From NCBI RefSeq assembly GCF_009914755.1, contig NC_060927.1: a stretch of DNA of 64,000 nt; one strand, 5' to 3'. A model generated the notes under the pieces. The model did no database searches. It saw only the letters and a program-made list of their open reading frames with translations, and had not been told where the DNA came from. Numbering within the stretch: position 1 is the stretch's first letter; each line of letters starts with the position of its first letter. The position numbers and the translations under genes were made by a program. This document shows positions 1 through 26,482 of this stretch, one piece after another. The stretch is from the human T2T-CHM13v2.0 reference genome, Homo sapiens.

Positions 1-170
<170 letters not shown>

Positions 171-364
171 TCAATTTTAGGAAGACGGCTCTAGAGAAAC
201 TAAAACATCTGTATTAAGGTGGTAAATCTATCTTATTAAATAATAAAGTTTCCTTAAACATTTTTGTCATATTTGTATAACAGGCTTAAGTACATAACAG
301 TTTAAATAGATTTTCAAAGATGAAACACATAGCTAACTCTAATTCTGTGGCATTCTGTGGATGA

Positions 365-705
<341 letters not shown>

Positions 706-1238
706 AAACAAAGAATTCTTGCTTATTTTATAAATTATTTTTACAACAATAAAACATCTCCCACTTAGACATTGAAGCCATATGTGAGTTACCAGACATA
801 CAGGGAACATGAAGAATTCTCCCACATATCAAGTCTACCGATTATAGGCAATGCCACTCTCCAAACTGAATGTGGGAGTAGGAAGCAGAGAATAGCAATA
901 GAATGCAGACACAGTTAACAGTTCTATTTAATCTACAACTGTCAAACAGTAATATTTAATATTAGCACAAGATATAATTATATTAATGGCAGATTTACCC
1001 TACTAATTATAATTTGCTAAAGCTCTTATTAAAATTAAAATCACTTATCTGAGCATGTATCAACTAACGGCAGAAAAGACTTAAAGGATAAGCCTTTACT
1101 GCAGATAATCTAAAACTGAGGTATTTTAAACGAAGCTATTCAAATTTGACTGTACTTTATTTGGAGGTTGCAATAAATGGAAAGGAAAAAAAACTCATGC
1201 ATTTCTGCCTGAAGACTCTACTAACCTAATGTCCTTAC

Positions 1239-1504
1239 CTCTTTAAGGTACCGAACCAGGCGACAGAGGGAGCTCACCAGCGACAAAGTGAAGCCTGTAA
1301 GACCCTGACTGCTCTGCAGACCCTTGACCTCGCGACCTGTCCACCGCTCATATTCTTCCATTTCATGTTCCACTTCATGTATCATGTGTTTGAGGACATC
1401 CAGGTTGGAATTAGTCCTATTTGGTAAGTCTGCAGAGGTTGTGCTACCTGATGATATGTTTTTCTTCGGCTTGGAAAGAGCATGCAAATTCGGTTTCCTT
1501 TTCA
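1239..1504 (-). CDS. SPICE1: SPICE1 exon 10 ([11 protein letters not shown]...LVRYLKE)
   Basis: 266 nt, acceptor ATCAG, donor GAG|GTAAGG. Matches ORF 1221..1505. Cumulative frame is 385 codons without a stop. Confidence 0.95.
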
Positions 1505-1861
1505 CTGATAATGAGAGAAGTCATTCTATTTTAAGACCAGGAAAAATTATGACTAGAAAACTACTAGAAAAATCTTTTGACTATTGTTCACAATTTATAA
1601 AAGGCTTGTATAGACGATATCACCATTTCTCTCATAAAAATTAAACAGTTTAAACCGGATTTACACTAGCTATAATGAATGCACTAGAACCACTGTTCCA
1701 GAGTTACATGTGGTAGGAGACATTTCTTAGCTACCATTCAATAAACTTTCAGTTGGAACCATGTGGATGAGATTAAGGGAGAAAAACATTGACTAAGAGA
1801 TTAAGACAGCTGTATCAAGTTACATGTTTAATATTCATCTTTGTAAATTAAGGGACTGAAC

Positions 1862-1999
1862 CTTTATTTAACAGCTGTTTTTGCTTCCTTGAGTTCAGCA
1901 CGTGTCCCACAACGTAGCTTGAGTCTAGAGTCTCAGTAGATTCTTCAGGCTGAAGCCTGGTTTGGAGTCTCTTGACAGCATTGGTAGCATTCAGAGCAG
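1862..1999 (-). CDS. SPICE1: SPICE1 exon 9 ([15 protein letters not shown]...KQLLNK)
   Basis: 138 nt, acceptor CCTTTTAG, donor AAG|GTTCAG, phase 1 to 1. Confidence 0.93.
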
Positions 2000-2198
2000 C
2001 TAAAAGGAAGAACATTTCCAAAAGTATCTCAAGTGAACAAACTTCTTAAGAAAGTATTTCAATTGACAGATCCATCAGTATTTTAGTCAATTAGGCAAAG
2101 GCAGTCAAAACTCAAATAACATTCCTTCAAAAATTACTGCATTCAAGAATGAACCTAATAAAGCAGGCACCTAGAAATAATGCAAAAGGGAAACAAAC

Positions 2199-2338
2199 CT
2201 CTTTGCTCCCCTGATGAAAGAGCAGATGATGGCGTTCCTGGAGGAGTTATTTGTGACTGGGTTGCTATTTTCTGCTGAATGTCAGTCCACAACTTACTAA
2301 TTAACTCAAAATTCTCTTCTGTTAGTTGTTGGAGAAAC
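2199..2338 (-). CDS. SPICE1: SPICE1 exon 8 ([46 protein letters not shown])
   Basis: 140 nt, acceptor TTTATAG, donor GAG|GTTTGT, phase 2 to 1. Follows a ~19.8-kb intron. Confidence 0.94.
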
Positions 2339-2369
2339 CTATAAATTACAGGACAATAAGCTACATGAG

Positions 2370-2701
2370 AATTATAATATAAATTAATATAATATAAATA
2401 TAAATTAAATGATAGCAGGCATTTAATTTATATTTACATTATCTATATTATTATAATTTATATTTATATAATTATAAATTTAATTTTATATATAAATATG
2501 CATATAAATTTAATTATAATTTATAATTAAATTATATAATTAATTATATATAATTATATAATAATTACACATAATTATAAAATATATTCTATATTACATG
2601 TAATTTAATTTATAATTTAATTATATAAATTAAATTATATTTATATCTAATTTATATGTATATTATATTAATTTATATAAAAAATAGGTGCTATCATTTA
2701 A
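2370..2701. repeat. AT-rich low-complexity tract with nested inverted repeats
   Basis: Almost entirely A/T. Perfect IRs at 2395-2411/2420-2436 and 2405-2417/2689-2701. Confidence 0.85.
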
Positions 2702-4227
2702 ACTGTTCAAATAGTTACATGTTTGATTTGAAGGAGCTTTTAGTAATTCATAGTCAAAGAAAAAACACTATTCACTATAACTGATAAGACAGGTAGATAG
2801 CAAAAATGCCTATCACCTTAGTGTTAGAAAGAATCATTCCATCTGCCTCCCAGTTTCCTACCTACCTTGGTCCCTAACATAGGTATGTTTGCCCTTTCTG
2901 CAGTTTTGTGGTATGGCTCCATCCTCCTCTCTCTTTCTCTAGAGTAAAGTAATTAAGCATATATGGCTCAGCCCCTTTTGGTTTCTCTGTCCTACAAAGG
3001 AGCCTGTCCACAGAGCAGCCAGTCTCTGCTCATCAATGAAGTAAATTGACCACAGCATACTCTGTCCCTGTGTGTCAGGGAGGGGCTAGATAGAGTGAGA
3101 AGAGGTGCTGCAGTTTAGGGGTTAGTAATTACAAGCACATTGGTTACAGAGCTAAGCGTTATGCTATAAACACTTTTATCACTGATAAGGTTGATATTTT
3201 AATTTTCAACTGTCTCATTTGTCTATTTCTCAAAGTGCTAAAGTTACAGCCTACCTTCTTCTGGAGGCTTAGTATAAAAGCAAGAACAAAGAGATAAATG
3301 GTGGGAAAAACTTTAAGCAAAAGGAACCAGGACTTGATGTTTTGAGAAGTTTTCAGCCTGTCCAAATTGCAAAAGATTAGTAAAGTCGCTGTTAGGAAAG
3401 CATATTCTGGAGAGAAGGGCAAGAGTGTGGCTGAATAACCTTTTGCTAGTTCTGAAGAGATAAAGCATGTGATTCATGGATCCTCCAAATGATGTCAGAA
3501 GAAGCTAACAATAAAGATGGGATTTTCCAGGAAAGACCTGTCTATGGAGTAGATGACCATGACATATGCAAGACACAAGATCTTTTGAGAATGTTATACC
3601 AACAGAAATACTGCTAGCTTGAATTGAAAGACACAAAGACAGGATGAAATGAAGGAAGGGTGCTAGACTCAAAAAATTCTACAGACTACCTTTCTCAGCC
3701 TCTGGTAACCATCATTCTACTCTCTATCTTCCTAAGTTCAACTGTTTTAATTTTTAGCTCCCAGAAGTAAGTGAGAACATGTGGCCAGAGCTGCAGATCC
3801 ATAGGCACAGAGGCCAAAGCCAGAGCCACAGGCACAGAGGGAAGAGCCATGGATCCAGAAGGGTAAAGACTCAAGTCACAGAGCATTAAGTCCTAATAGT
3901 ATTTGCTCTAATGAATTTCAAAGTTGCTTGGAACTGCTGATCCCTTTCTTCTTTGATTTTCCCTCGTAAAATGGAAATGTCTATAACTTTCATCCTATGT
4001 CTGTCCCATCATGGTATTTTGAAAGCAGACAACTTGTCTTCTAGTTTCATAGGACCACAAATGGAGAATTTTGCACCAGGATGGATTCTATCCAGTCCTC
4101 CCATAACTGATTTAGATGATGAGATTTGGGACTTTTGAGCTAATGAGATTTAGATGAGATTTTGAACTTGAAATGAAGCTGAAAATTGAAGGATATTGGG
4201 ATGGATCTTTGGGGCCCACTGGAAGGA

Positions 4228-4730
4228 CCATGGTAGGCTAAATAATAATGCCTGAAGATATTCCATGTCCTAAACCCTGGAGCCTGTCACTATTACCTTA
4301 TATGGCAAAAAAGGGGTAGGGGAAGCCTCTTCAGATACAATTTAGAATCTTGAGATGGGGAGATTATCTTGGGTAGGCCCTAAATGCAATCACATATTTT
4401 TTAAAAAAAATTTTTCATATTTCATGTACATTCTTATAAGAAACAGACAGAGGAAGATCTTTGACACCCACACAGAGGAGATGATGTGAAGACAAGAGGC
4501 AGAGATTGGTGTGCTGCAGCCACAATTTCAGAAGCTAGAAGAAGCAAGGAGCAAATTCTCTTCCAGAGCAGCTTCTCCTCTGGAGGGAGTGTGGCCCTAC
4601 TGATACCTTGACGTTGGCCTAGTGAAACTGATTTTGGATTTCTGGACCCCAGAACTGGGAAGAAATCAAGTTCTGTTGTTTTAAGCCACCAAACTTGTGG
4701 GATATTTAATATACTTAATTGTAGCTATAA
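4228..4730 (+). mobile_element. MLT1-family MaLR LTR
   Basis: Typical MLT1 motifs (gtcctaaaccctgg, ttaccttatatggcaaaa, gttttaagccacc). Confidence 0.75.
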
Positions 4731-4898
4731 GACAAAAACAAAAACGGGATACGCATGGAAGCATAGTATGTAAATACTTCATGTTCTGTCAAAGCAAAAT
4801 ATATAACTAAAAATGGGAAGGATGGAGAGAAAATAATGGAAAGAATAGGAACATAGAAAAGCTCACTTATTAAAACAAAAAAAAAATTTTGTTTTTTC

Positions 4899-11074
<6,176 letters not shown>

Positions 11075-12071
11075 GCATTAAAAAAAAATTTAACTGACAT
11101 ACCTGACAATGACATGTAAAAAAAAGAAAACAAGATTAAGGGCTCTATAAAAGGTATATATGCAAAGGTAACCACCAGAACAAAATTACAAACTTCCTAA
11201 ATACCAAAAGAAATTTTTTAAAAGAACAGAGAAGAAACATCACATAGAAAATGAAATTATAGTACAATAAACAGTACTATAAAATAATGTGATGAAGTTA
11301 ACATCAAACATATCAGTAAGTGTTATAAGCTTACTTCAATTAAAAGAAGAATATTTCCAAATTGTCTAACAAGGCAAGACTGAACTCTGCATTGTATACA
11401 AGAGACATACTTAATACAAAATAATTCCAGAAGGCTAAATATATTAAACATCTAAAATACAGAAAGCTAAATGTAAAAAGCCAAGATAAGCCAGGAAATT
11501 GGAAACAAGAAAAAAGTAGAGGTTTCATTCCTGATATTAGATGAAGTAGAAATGAAGTCAAAAGGTATTAAATGTGACAAAGCATACTTTATAATGCTAA
11601 AAGTTATAAATCACAATGAAGATATAACACTTATGTTCCAAAAAACATGGACCAAAAAACACAAGAATCACTTTTATAAGAAAGGAAGTATTTAACTCTG
11701 AACAATTAAATATACTTAAACAAAATGCAAAGAGAAATAGAAACATACTAGTAGTAGGAGACTTTAATACACCATTCTCAGAAGAAAAGAGTGGCAAAAA
11801 TAAGTAAGGATACAAAAGTATTCAACAATATAATCAGTGAGGTAGATCTATGGATATATCTTTAGAACTTTATACCTTGTTAGAGTATATACCTTCTTCT
11901 CAGGCACACACATGGAACATTTGTAAAAATTTGATCATATATTAGGTCACAAAGAAAACATCAAGTTCCACAGGTAGAAATATTACAAATCACACTCTGA
12001 ATGTAACGTAATAAAACTAGAAAAACAAAGAGGCTCTGGAAATTTTTTTTTAAATCTTCTATTAGACAATT

Positions 12072-12751
12072 TTTTAAAAAATTATTATTATACTTTAAGT
12101 TTTAGCGTACATGTGCACAATGTGCAAGTTAGTTACATATGTATACATGTGCCATGCTGGTGTGCTGCACCCATTAACTCGTCATTTAGCATTAGGTGTA
12201 TCTCCTAATGCTATCCCTCCCCCCACCCCCCACCGCACAACAGTCGCCAGTGTGTGATGTTCCCCTTCCTGTGGCCATGTGTTCTCATTGTTCAATTCCC
12301 ATCTATGAGTGAGAACATGTGGTGTTTGGTTTTTTGTCCTTGTGATAGTTTACTGAGAATGATGATTTCCAATTTCATCCATGTCCCTACAAAGGACATG
12401 AACTCATCATTTTTTATGGCTGCATAGTATTCCATGGTGTATATGTGCCACATTTTCTTAATCCAGGCTATCATTGTTGGACATTTGGGTTGGTTCCAAG
12501 TCTTTGCTATTGTGAATAGTGCCGCAATAAACATACGTGTGCATGTGTCTTTATAGCAGCATGATTTATAGTCCTCTGGGTATATACCCAGTAATGGGAT
12601 GGCTGGGTCAAATGGTATTTCTAGTTCTAGATCCCTGAGGAATCGCCACACTGACTTCCACAATGGTTGAACTAGTTTACAGTCCCACCAACAGTGTAAA
12701 AATGTTCCTATTTCTCCACATCCTCTCCAGCACCTGTTGTTTCCTGACTTT
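12072..12751 (-). mobile_element. 5'-truncated L1PA3-like element (680 bp)
   Basis: ORF2 C-terminus plus 3'UTR. TSD TTAGACAATT at 12062-12071 and 12752-12761. Confidence 0.93.
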
Positions 12752-13829
12752 TTAGACAATTCTTAAGTAAACATGAAAATATAAACTGAAATTACCTCAT
12801 TCCTAAAGTAACAAAACACTACATACCAGAATGTATGGTACACATTTATAGTAGTGATCAGAGTAGAATTCAGAGCCCTAAACATGTTTATCAATTAAAA
12901 ATAAAAGAATGAAAATGAATGTATTAAATTCTCAACTAGGGTTACTAGAAAAAGTAAACAAAAAAATGCACAACGAAGGAAATAAAGACAAAAGCAAAAA
13001 TTGATGAGGAAGAAATCAGAAAACTAGACCTCTAACTAATAAATTAAAAATGTTAGTTCTTCAAAAATTCATAAAATAGGCAAACCACTAAATAACCTAA
13101 TTTTAAAGAAAGAGAACCAAAATAAATGATTGAGGAGAACAAGTAAGCACTGAAACAAAATTTTTTAAGAAGTATAGAGATTATTGGCACATCTCTATAG
13201 AAATACATTGATTAACCTAGATGAAATGGAAAATTTCCTAAGAAAATATAACTTATAAAAATTGGCTTGAGAAGAAATAGAAGCTTAAATAAACAAGCAA
13301 AGTTACTATGGCACTTCCCCACAGAAAAAAAAAAAGCACCATGCGCAAATAGTTTCAAAGGAGGAAAGCTATCAGCCTCAAAAAACAGATAGTCTCAGTG
13401 CTATATAAATTGTTCCAGGACTTAAAAAATTAGAAAAATCTTCCAGATGGTTCTTATGAAATCAAGTACCGCATTGTTACTTCAATCTGATAAAGGCTGC
13501 AGACACAAAAAAACTACAGAGAATATCATTTATGAATTTTAACACAAGAATACTAAATAAAATATTAACAAACAACCTCCAATACTCCATTAATGAAAAT
13601 AACACATCATGGCCAAATAGAATTTACTGCAGAAATGCAAGGATAGCGCAATATTAGGAAACTCATAACATAATGTACCATATTAAGAGACATAAGCAGA
13701 AAACTCATATGATTATCTCTATAGATATTGAAAAAGTCTGATAAAATTAACACTTATTACTGATTAAAATAAAACAATCAAGAAAACAAGAATTGATTGG
13801 CATTTCCTTAGCATTGTTTAAAAAAAAAT

Positions 13830-14012
13830 GTATCTGGGTATGGTGTTTGCATGCCTGTAGTCCCGGCTACTAGAGGCTGAGGGAGGCTGAGGTGAGAGGC
13901 TGAGGTGAGAGGATTACCTGAGCTGTGATCACACCACTGCACTCTGGCCAGGGTGACAGAGTGAGATCCTGTCTCAAAAAAGACTAAAAATAACAATGAT
14001 TTTAAAAATTTA

Positions 14013-14064
<52 letters not shown>

Positions 14065-14068
14065 AAAA
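13830..14068 (+). repeat. Degenerate Alu monomer followed by a (GAAA)n microsatellite (~14012-14066)
   Basis: Alu motifs with internal repetition of ggctgagg, then about 13 GAAA units. Confidence 0.8.
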
Positions 14069-14536
14069 AGACCTCAGTACTAAAGCCAATACCTTACTTA
14101 AGAGGAAACAATAGAAGCATTTTCATACAATCAGAAACAAGGCAAGGATCCCCACTATCTCCATTATTATTGAACACTGTCCTATAACTAATAAAATATA
14201 CAAAAGAAACCAATTAGAGGTGAAAGACTTAGATAACAAGGAAAACAATGTCTATTTGCAGATGAGATGACAGTCAACCTAGGAACCCCTAGAAAATCAG
14301 TGCTAAAACTAATTCAACCAAGATTCAATAAAGTAGCAGAATATCAAGGCAACACATGGAAATCAGTAACTTTCATAAAAACAAAGAATAACTAGTTAGG
14401 AGGTATAATGGAAGACAAAATTCCATTTAAAAGAATAACAAAAGCCCCAAAACACTTAGGAATAAACTCAGTAAGAAATAAGCAAACTCTATATGAGAGA
14501 AATGTTAAGACGCTGTTGAAAAACAGAAAAGTAGAC

Positions 14537-18109
<3,573 letters not shown>

Positions 18110-18114
<5 letters not shown>

Positions 18115-18838
18115 CTACCCAAGGGAATCCAGGAGGGACTGAGCCTGAGGAACCTTGCACTCTGACCCAGATACTGTGCTTTTCCCACAGTCTTCGCAAC
18201 CCGCAGGCCAAGAGACTCCCTCCAGTGCCTACCCCAGCAGGGTCCTGGGTTTCAAGCACAAAACTAGGGGGCCGTTTGGGCAGACACCAAACTAGCTGCA
18301 GGAGTTTTGTTTGTTTTTTTTTTTTTTCCATACCACAGTGGCGCCTAGAACGCCAGAGAGACAGAACTGTTCACTCCCCTGGAAAGGGGGCTGAAGCTAG
18401 GCAGCCAAGTGGTCTGGCTCAGCGGGTCCCACACCACGGAGCCCAGCAAACTAAGATCCACTGACTTGAAATTCTTGCTGCCAACACAGCAGCAATCTGA
18501 GATCAACCTGGGACGCTCGAGCTTGGTGGGGGAAGGGGCAGCTGCCATTGCTGAGGCTTGAGTAGGTGGTTTTACACTCACAGTGTAAACAAAGCCACCA
18601 GGAAGTTCAAACTGGGTGGAGCCTACCGAAGCTCAGCAAAGCTGCTGCGGCCAGACTGCCAGATTTCTCCTCAATGGGCAGAACATGTCTGGAAAAAAAA
18701 GCAGCAGCCCCAGTCAGGGACTTATAAATAAAACCCCCATCTCCCTGGGACAGAGCACCTGGGAGAAGGGGCGGCTGTGGGCACAGCTTCATCAGACTTA
18801 AACATCTATGCCTGACGGCTCTGAAGAAAGCAGCGGAC
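18110..18838 (+). mobile_element. Inverted L1PA7/8-like 5'UTR segment joined to the minus-strand L1
   Basis: Recognisable older L1PA 5'UTR sequence in the opposite orientation, abutting the minus-strand ORF2 at CTCCC. Confidence 0.8.
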
Positions 18839-18928
18839 CTTTTAACAAATGGAAAAATATACTATGTTCTTGAATAGCAAAATTCAACGTCATAAAGATG
18901 CCAGTTCTCTCTAGTTAATTTAATAATA

Positions 18929-19314
<386 letters not shown>

Positions 19315-19342
19315 TCAAATATACTGTAGTTTATTTGACCAT

Positions 19343-19394
<52 letters not shown>

Positions 19395-19399
<5 letters not shown>

Positions 19400-19672
19400 C
19401 ACAAGAGAAAGCAGGAAAGATCTAAAATTGACACCTAACATCACAATTAAAAGAACTAGAGAAGCAAGAGCAAACAAATTCAAAAGTTAGCAGAAGACAA
19501 GAAATAACTAAGATCAAAGCAGAACTGAAGGGGATAGAGACATGAAAAACCCTTCAAAAAATCAATGAATCCAGGAGCTGGTTTTTTGAAAAGATCAACA
19601 AAATAGACTGGTAGCCAGACTAATAAAGAAAAAAAGAGAGAAGAATCAAATAGACACAATAAAAAATGATAA
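19395..19672 (+). repeat. 278-bp inverted copy of 17370-17647 inside (AT)n
   Basis: Read by eye, it is the reverse complement of 17370-17647 with no mismatch and the same length. Confidence 0.92.
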
Positions 19673-21487
19673 TATATATATATGAGAATGGTCAAATAAA
19701 CTACAGTACATTCACACAATTTAGTACTATCCAACTGTTTCATTTTATTATAAAAATGAAGAAAAAAATACCTGTGTAAACTTATGAACAGCTATGGGGA
19801 GATTTCCAGGATATATCATTAAGTGGTAAAAGCAAATATAAATGGATATGTTAATTACCCCAATCTGATTACTATACATTATATGTATCAAAACATCTAT
19901 GTACCTCATGAACATGCACATTTATTGTCAATTAAAGTAAAAGAAAAGCAAATATAGTACGTTACCTTTTATATAAGAAGAGAAAATAAGGAGTATGTTA
20001 TCTTTTATATAAGAGAAAATAAGGAGATATATATATATATATATATATATATCTGCTTACATTTATAAAAAGAAACACAGAAAGAATAAATTTAAAAACT
20101 AAGGAAACTGATCACCTACAAGGGTAAGTGTAGACGGGAACTAGTTAGAAGGGATAGGGGATGGTGACTGACACTACCCTGAAAACAGCTTTTTGTATAA
20201 TTTTGTCAAAAAGAGAGGTAAAAACCTAAAATTGAATACAAATAGAAGCAAATGAACCTAATTATATTTCAAATGAATACAATAACCTTTTAGAAATCTG
20301 CAAACAATCTTGAACTCTACTTAGCAGGTTTATTTTTGCAGTAGTATGGGCGCAGCAATTCCAAAACTATTTTCTATGTATTGCAGGATTGAATATGAAT
20401 AAATATACTTGTGTAATGTTTGGAGACATGCTGCTCAGTGTTAAAGAAGAGTGATACAAATGTGGAATAAGAAGACCAAGATAAAACCAATAGTGTTAAA
20501 TTGGACTTAGAGGTATCACTGTAAATTCATGATTTATAGCTAAATAGACAGAAAACTAGATACTAACATAGATATGTTCATATACATATGACTATAGGTA
20601 TATATATGTATGTGTGCATATATATGTATCTGTTGGTCTAAAAACAATGACTGCCAAGTGCAATGAACGCATCTAATACTTAGAGCTTGGTTTTTAAATA
20701 CCCTTCTTTAATAAAATGAGCTAAGGATTCTTGAAGAAATGGTTGATTCCAGGGAAGAGAAAGTATAATAAGAGCTATGTTGTGCCAGAAATTAAACATT
20801 AAAGAAGATACGTTAAAAGGACACAGGAATTACTTGAAGAAGCTCCCAAATATGTGACAAATAAACATCAAAATAAATAAAAGATAAAACAGTATAATCC
20901 ATTGAAGGAACGTGGCAGACATCACTGTAACCAAATGATGAAAGTTAACAGCACCAATAATTAAACCAAGGTGTCACTGCCTCTTGATATGACACATTGA
21001 GGACTTAACATCACTTTAGGGATATTCCTGCCCAAAATGCATAAGTAAGCTGAGTCTAATAATGAAGAACTTATAAGACAAAGTCAAACTAGAGGGAATT
21101 CTGTAAAATAACTGCCCTGTACTTCTTCAAAACTATAAAAATGTCATAAAAGGCAAAGAAACACTAAGATTAGATTTTAGAAGATTCCAGGTTTTTTTTA
21201 AAAATGAAAAGACATGAAAACTAAATATAATAAGTGATTATGATTAGTTCTTCAATCATCCAAAAAACAAAATAAACATTACTGTGACAACTGGAGAAAT
21301 CTAAATAAGGTCTATGGATTAGATAATAGTGTTAAATCAATGTAATTTCCTGATTGTGATCATTGTACTGTGATTTTATCTGAATGAATGCTCTTTTTCT
21401 TGGGAACCACACACTGAATTATTTAGGGATAAAGGAACATGAAGCATGCAACTTACTTCCTAATAGTTCTTTAAAAATGTATGTTAG

Positions 21488-21845
21488 TCAACTGCAAAAA
21501 TATGGAACCAAACTAAGTGCCCAACGACCAATGAGTGGATAAAGAAAATGTGGTATAGACACACCATGGAATACTACTCAGCCACTCACACACAAAAAAA
21601 ATAATAATGTATTTTGCAACAACTTGGATGGAGCTGGAGACCATTATTCTAAGTGAAGTAACTGAGGAATGGAAAACCAAATACCACATGTTCTTACTTG
21701 CTAAGGAGCTAAGCTATGGATATGCAAAGGCATACAGAGTGATATAACAAACTTTGGAGACTCAGAAGGGGGAGGGCGGGAGGTAGGTGCGGAATAAAAA
21801 ACTGCATATTGGGTACAATGTATATTACTCAGGCGACTGGTGCTC
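21488..21845 (+). mobile_element. L1PB-like 3' fragment
   Basis: ORF2 end and 3'UTR motifs (aatactactcagcc; ggagactcagaaggggg). Confidence 0.7.
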
Positions 21846-22112
21846 ATGTGCATGCATGCACGTGTGTGCATACTCAGAAAGGAGATAAAATGATAAAAGA
21901 AATGTGGAAAACATTAATAATTGATGAATCTGAGTAAAGAGTATACAAGAGCTTTTTATATTATCCCTGCAAATTATTTGGAAATACCAAAATAAACAAA
22001 TTTTTAAATAAAAATAAACTCCCATTTAATAAAAAATGATGCTATAGGCAAACATTGAAATGGCCATGGAAAAAACCTAAGAGTTGTAAATATTTATGCC
22101 ATATACACATAC

Positions 22113-22231
22113 CTGTCTGTATTCGTGTTAGACTGAGAGTTTAGAGAGTTATCCAACTCATTTTCATTCTCACTTTCTCCTGACTGGCTATTAACAGTTC
22201 CTTCTTCTTCACCATCTACATCATTAAGAGC
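22113..22231 (-). CDS. SPICE1: SPICE1 exon 7 ([40 protein letters not shown])
   Basis: 119 nt, acceptor GACAG, donor CAG|GTATGT, phase 0 to 2. Confidence 0.95.
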
Positions 22232-22289
22232 CTGTCTCAACACAACAATAAAAATAGCACAAGTTGATTATATATATACTCAGACTTTC

Positions 22290-24400
<2,111 letters not shown>

Positions 24401-24508
24401 GGTTTAGTCTCACTAATTCCTATATGGATGAAGAAACTAGGACCCAGAGAACTTAAGTAATGCAGTTACAATTCATTTTTTCTTGGTGACTCAAGATTAT
24501 CTATAGCA

Positions 24509-24821
<313 letters not shown>

Positions 24822-26375
24822 TTATCTATAGCAACACCAATTTCCTTTCTGATGTATAGTGGTCCTCTGCTTATCTATTCAGGTATCCTCTCTCTCCTCC
24901 CTCACTGCCATTTTTCTCTGCTACCTCTGCTTTGAGAGGCTCACATCACTGTTTTTCATCTGCTATCAGCTGTAAATTGAGAAAGTACTTAAACCAGGTA
25001 GGTAAATTAGTTGTATCAGTAACATTAATTTGAAATTCTACTGCTGTATTAATGGTAATAAGCTCAAGTGTGCGAATGGACTCTTCAACAGAATAAAATC
25101 TGACTGCTTTATTCCATGTTGCTGGGATACATCGTGTACTTGTTTACAGGCTCCAATTAACTGAAAAAGTACTTAAAGTATGACTGAAATAAATAGGGCA
25201 CACTTCACTTATGATTTATTTAAATAAAAGTAAAATCTTCAGTTGAACATACTACAGCAATAAGATATTCTAGGGTGATTAAATTTCCAGCTATCTGAAA
25301 GCTAACTTCTCATTAAGTGCCAAAACATAAATGGTTTTTGCCGGAAATATGGTAAAAGGTTTTTGGCTATTTAAAATATGTGTAACATTTTACTTAATTG
25401 CCTTTGGAAGTATGAAACAATATAATTAATATATCTTTTATGATTCTGGACCTTGCAACTCCCTAGGAATATCCCTCTAATTGATGATTCTCTTCTTTTT
25501 TCATAGAAACTATAACTTAGGAAATTTCATTAAACAGGTACTGAGTCCTAGTCATGCATAAGTTGTCTTATTTTAGTATTAAATTATTCACGGGCTTTAA
25601 AAAAAGTTTACTATCTCAAAATTCTAAACATTTTCATTAATTAAGAATTCCCATTAGGTTAGAATACAGCCAATTAATGTTTTACTACTGTAATACAATT
25701 CTCCCATATAACTAGTTGATACATTGCAAGTTTCTTGTGAAGCTATTTTTTAAATATCCTAATACATTAAAAGAGACTAACATTTACAAAGTACTATGTT
25801 CCTGGTATTATACCAGGAATTTTACATAACTTTTCGCACCTGATCCATGCAACAATGATATCAGGTACATTCTAGTCCCATTTAACAAAAAACGAAGAAG
25901 CAAAACACATTCTGAGCCCACCCAGATATATTAAGAAATCAGCTCAAGAACAAACAGCTAGTAAGTAGATCCACCTGACTCCAAGTGGAAAGACTCCCTG
26001 CTGTCTCCATAATGATCGATGGTGGCAGTCTTGTTGAGCCACATGGCCTAGATTTGAATCCCATCTCTGATGCAAACTATGTGATCTTGGCCAAGTCACC
26101 TAATTTTTCTCAGCTTCAATTTCTTCATCTGCCAAATGGGGATAAAGCAGTATATACACCTACTAGGTAAGCACTCAGTAAATTTTAGCTATTATTATCC
26201 AGTCTTGTTTGATACAAACATTACTCACAGAAAGTGCAATACACTTAAGAGCAAATCTAGCAACCACAACTAGCACTTGTTGATATTTAAACTTTTAAAA
26301 TATTTACCACAAGGCCTATATCAACTTAAACTTCCTTTCAGCATGAGTGTTATAGCTGTGAGTAGAACACATTAC

Positions 26376-26482
26376 CTGAGGTTCTATGACAGACTCATTA
26401 AAGATAGATTGGGTGATAGGGTCTTGATTTACCACAATGGGACCCTGAGAGGAATCAGGAGCCACTGTTACATTTGGAAACC
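26376..26482 (-). CDS. SPICE1: SPICE1 exon 6 ([35 protein letters not shown])
   Basis: 107 nt, acceptor CCTTTTGCAG, donor CAG|GTAATG, phase 1 to 0. Overlaps ORF 26316..26519. Confidence 0.95.

Noticed and set aside
1324-1644. 106-aa plus-strand ORF
   Set aside because: Antisense shadow of SPICE1 exon 10 with a non-ATG start.
1505-2198. Weak donors GTTTGT and GTTCAG as non-canonical or U12 introns
   Set aside because: Both are ordinary GT-AG introns without the U12 GTATCCTT signature, and the frame is continuous.
19322-19708. MITE or DNA-transposon reading of the 37-bp terminal inverted repeats
   Set aside because: There is no TSD, the right arm is native host L1M sequence, and the interior is a copy of a nearby L1. 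Repair by template switching explains it better.
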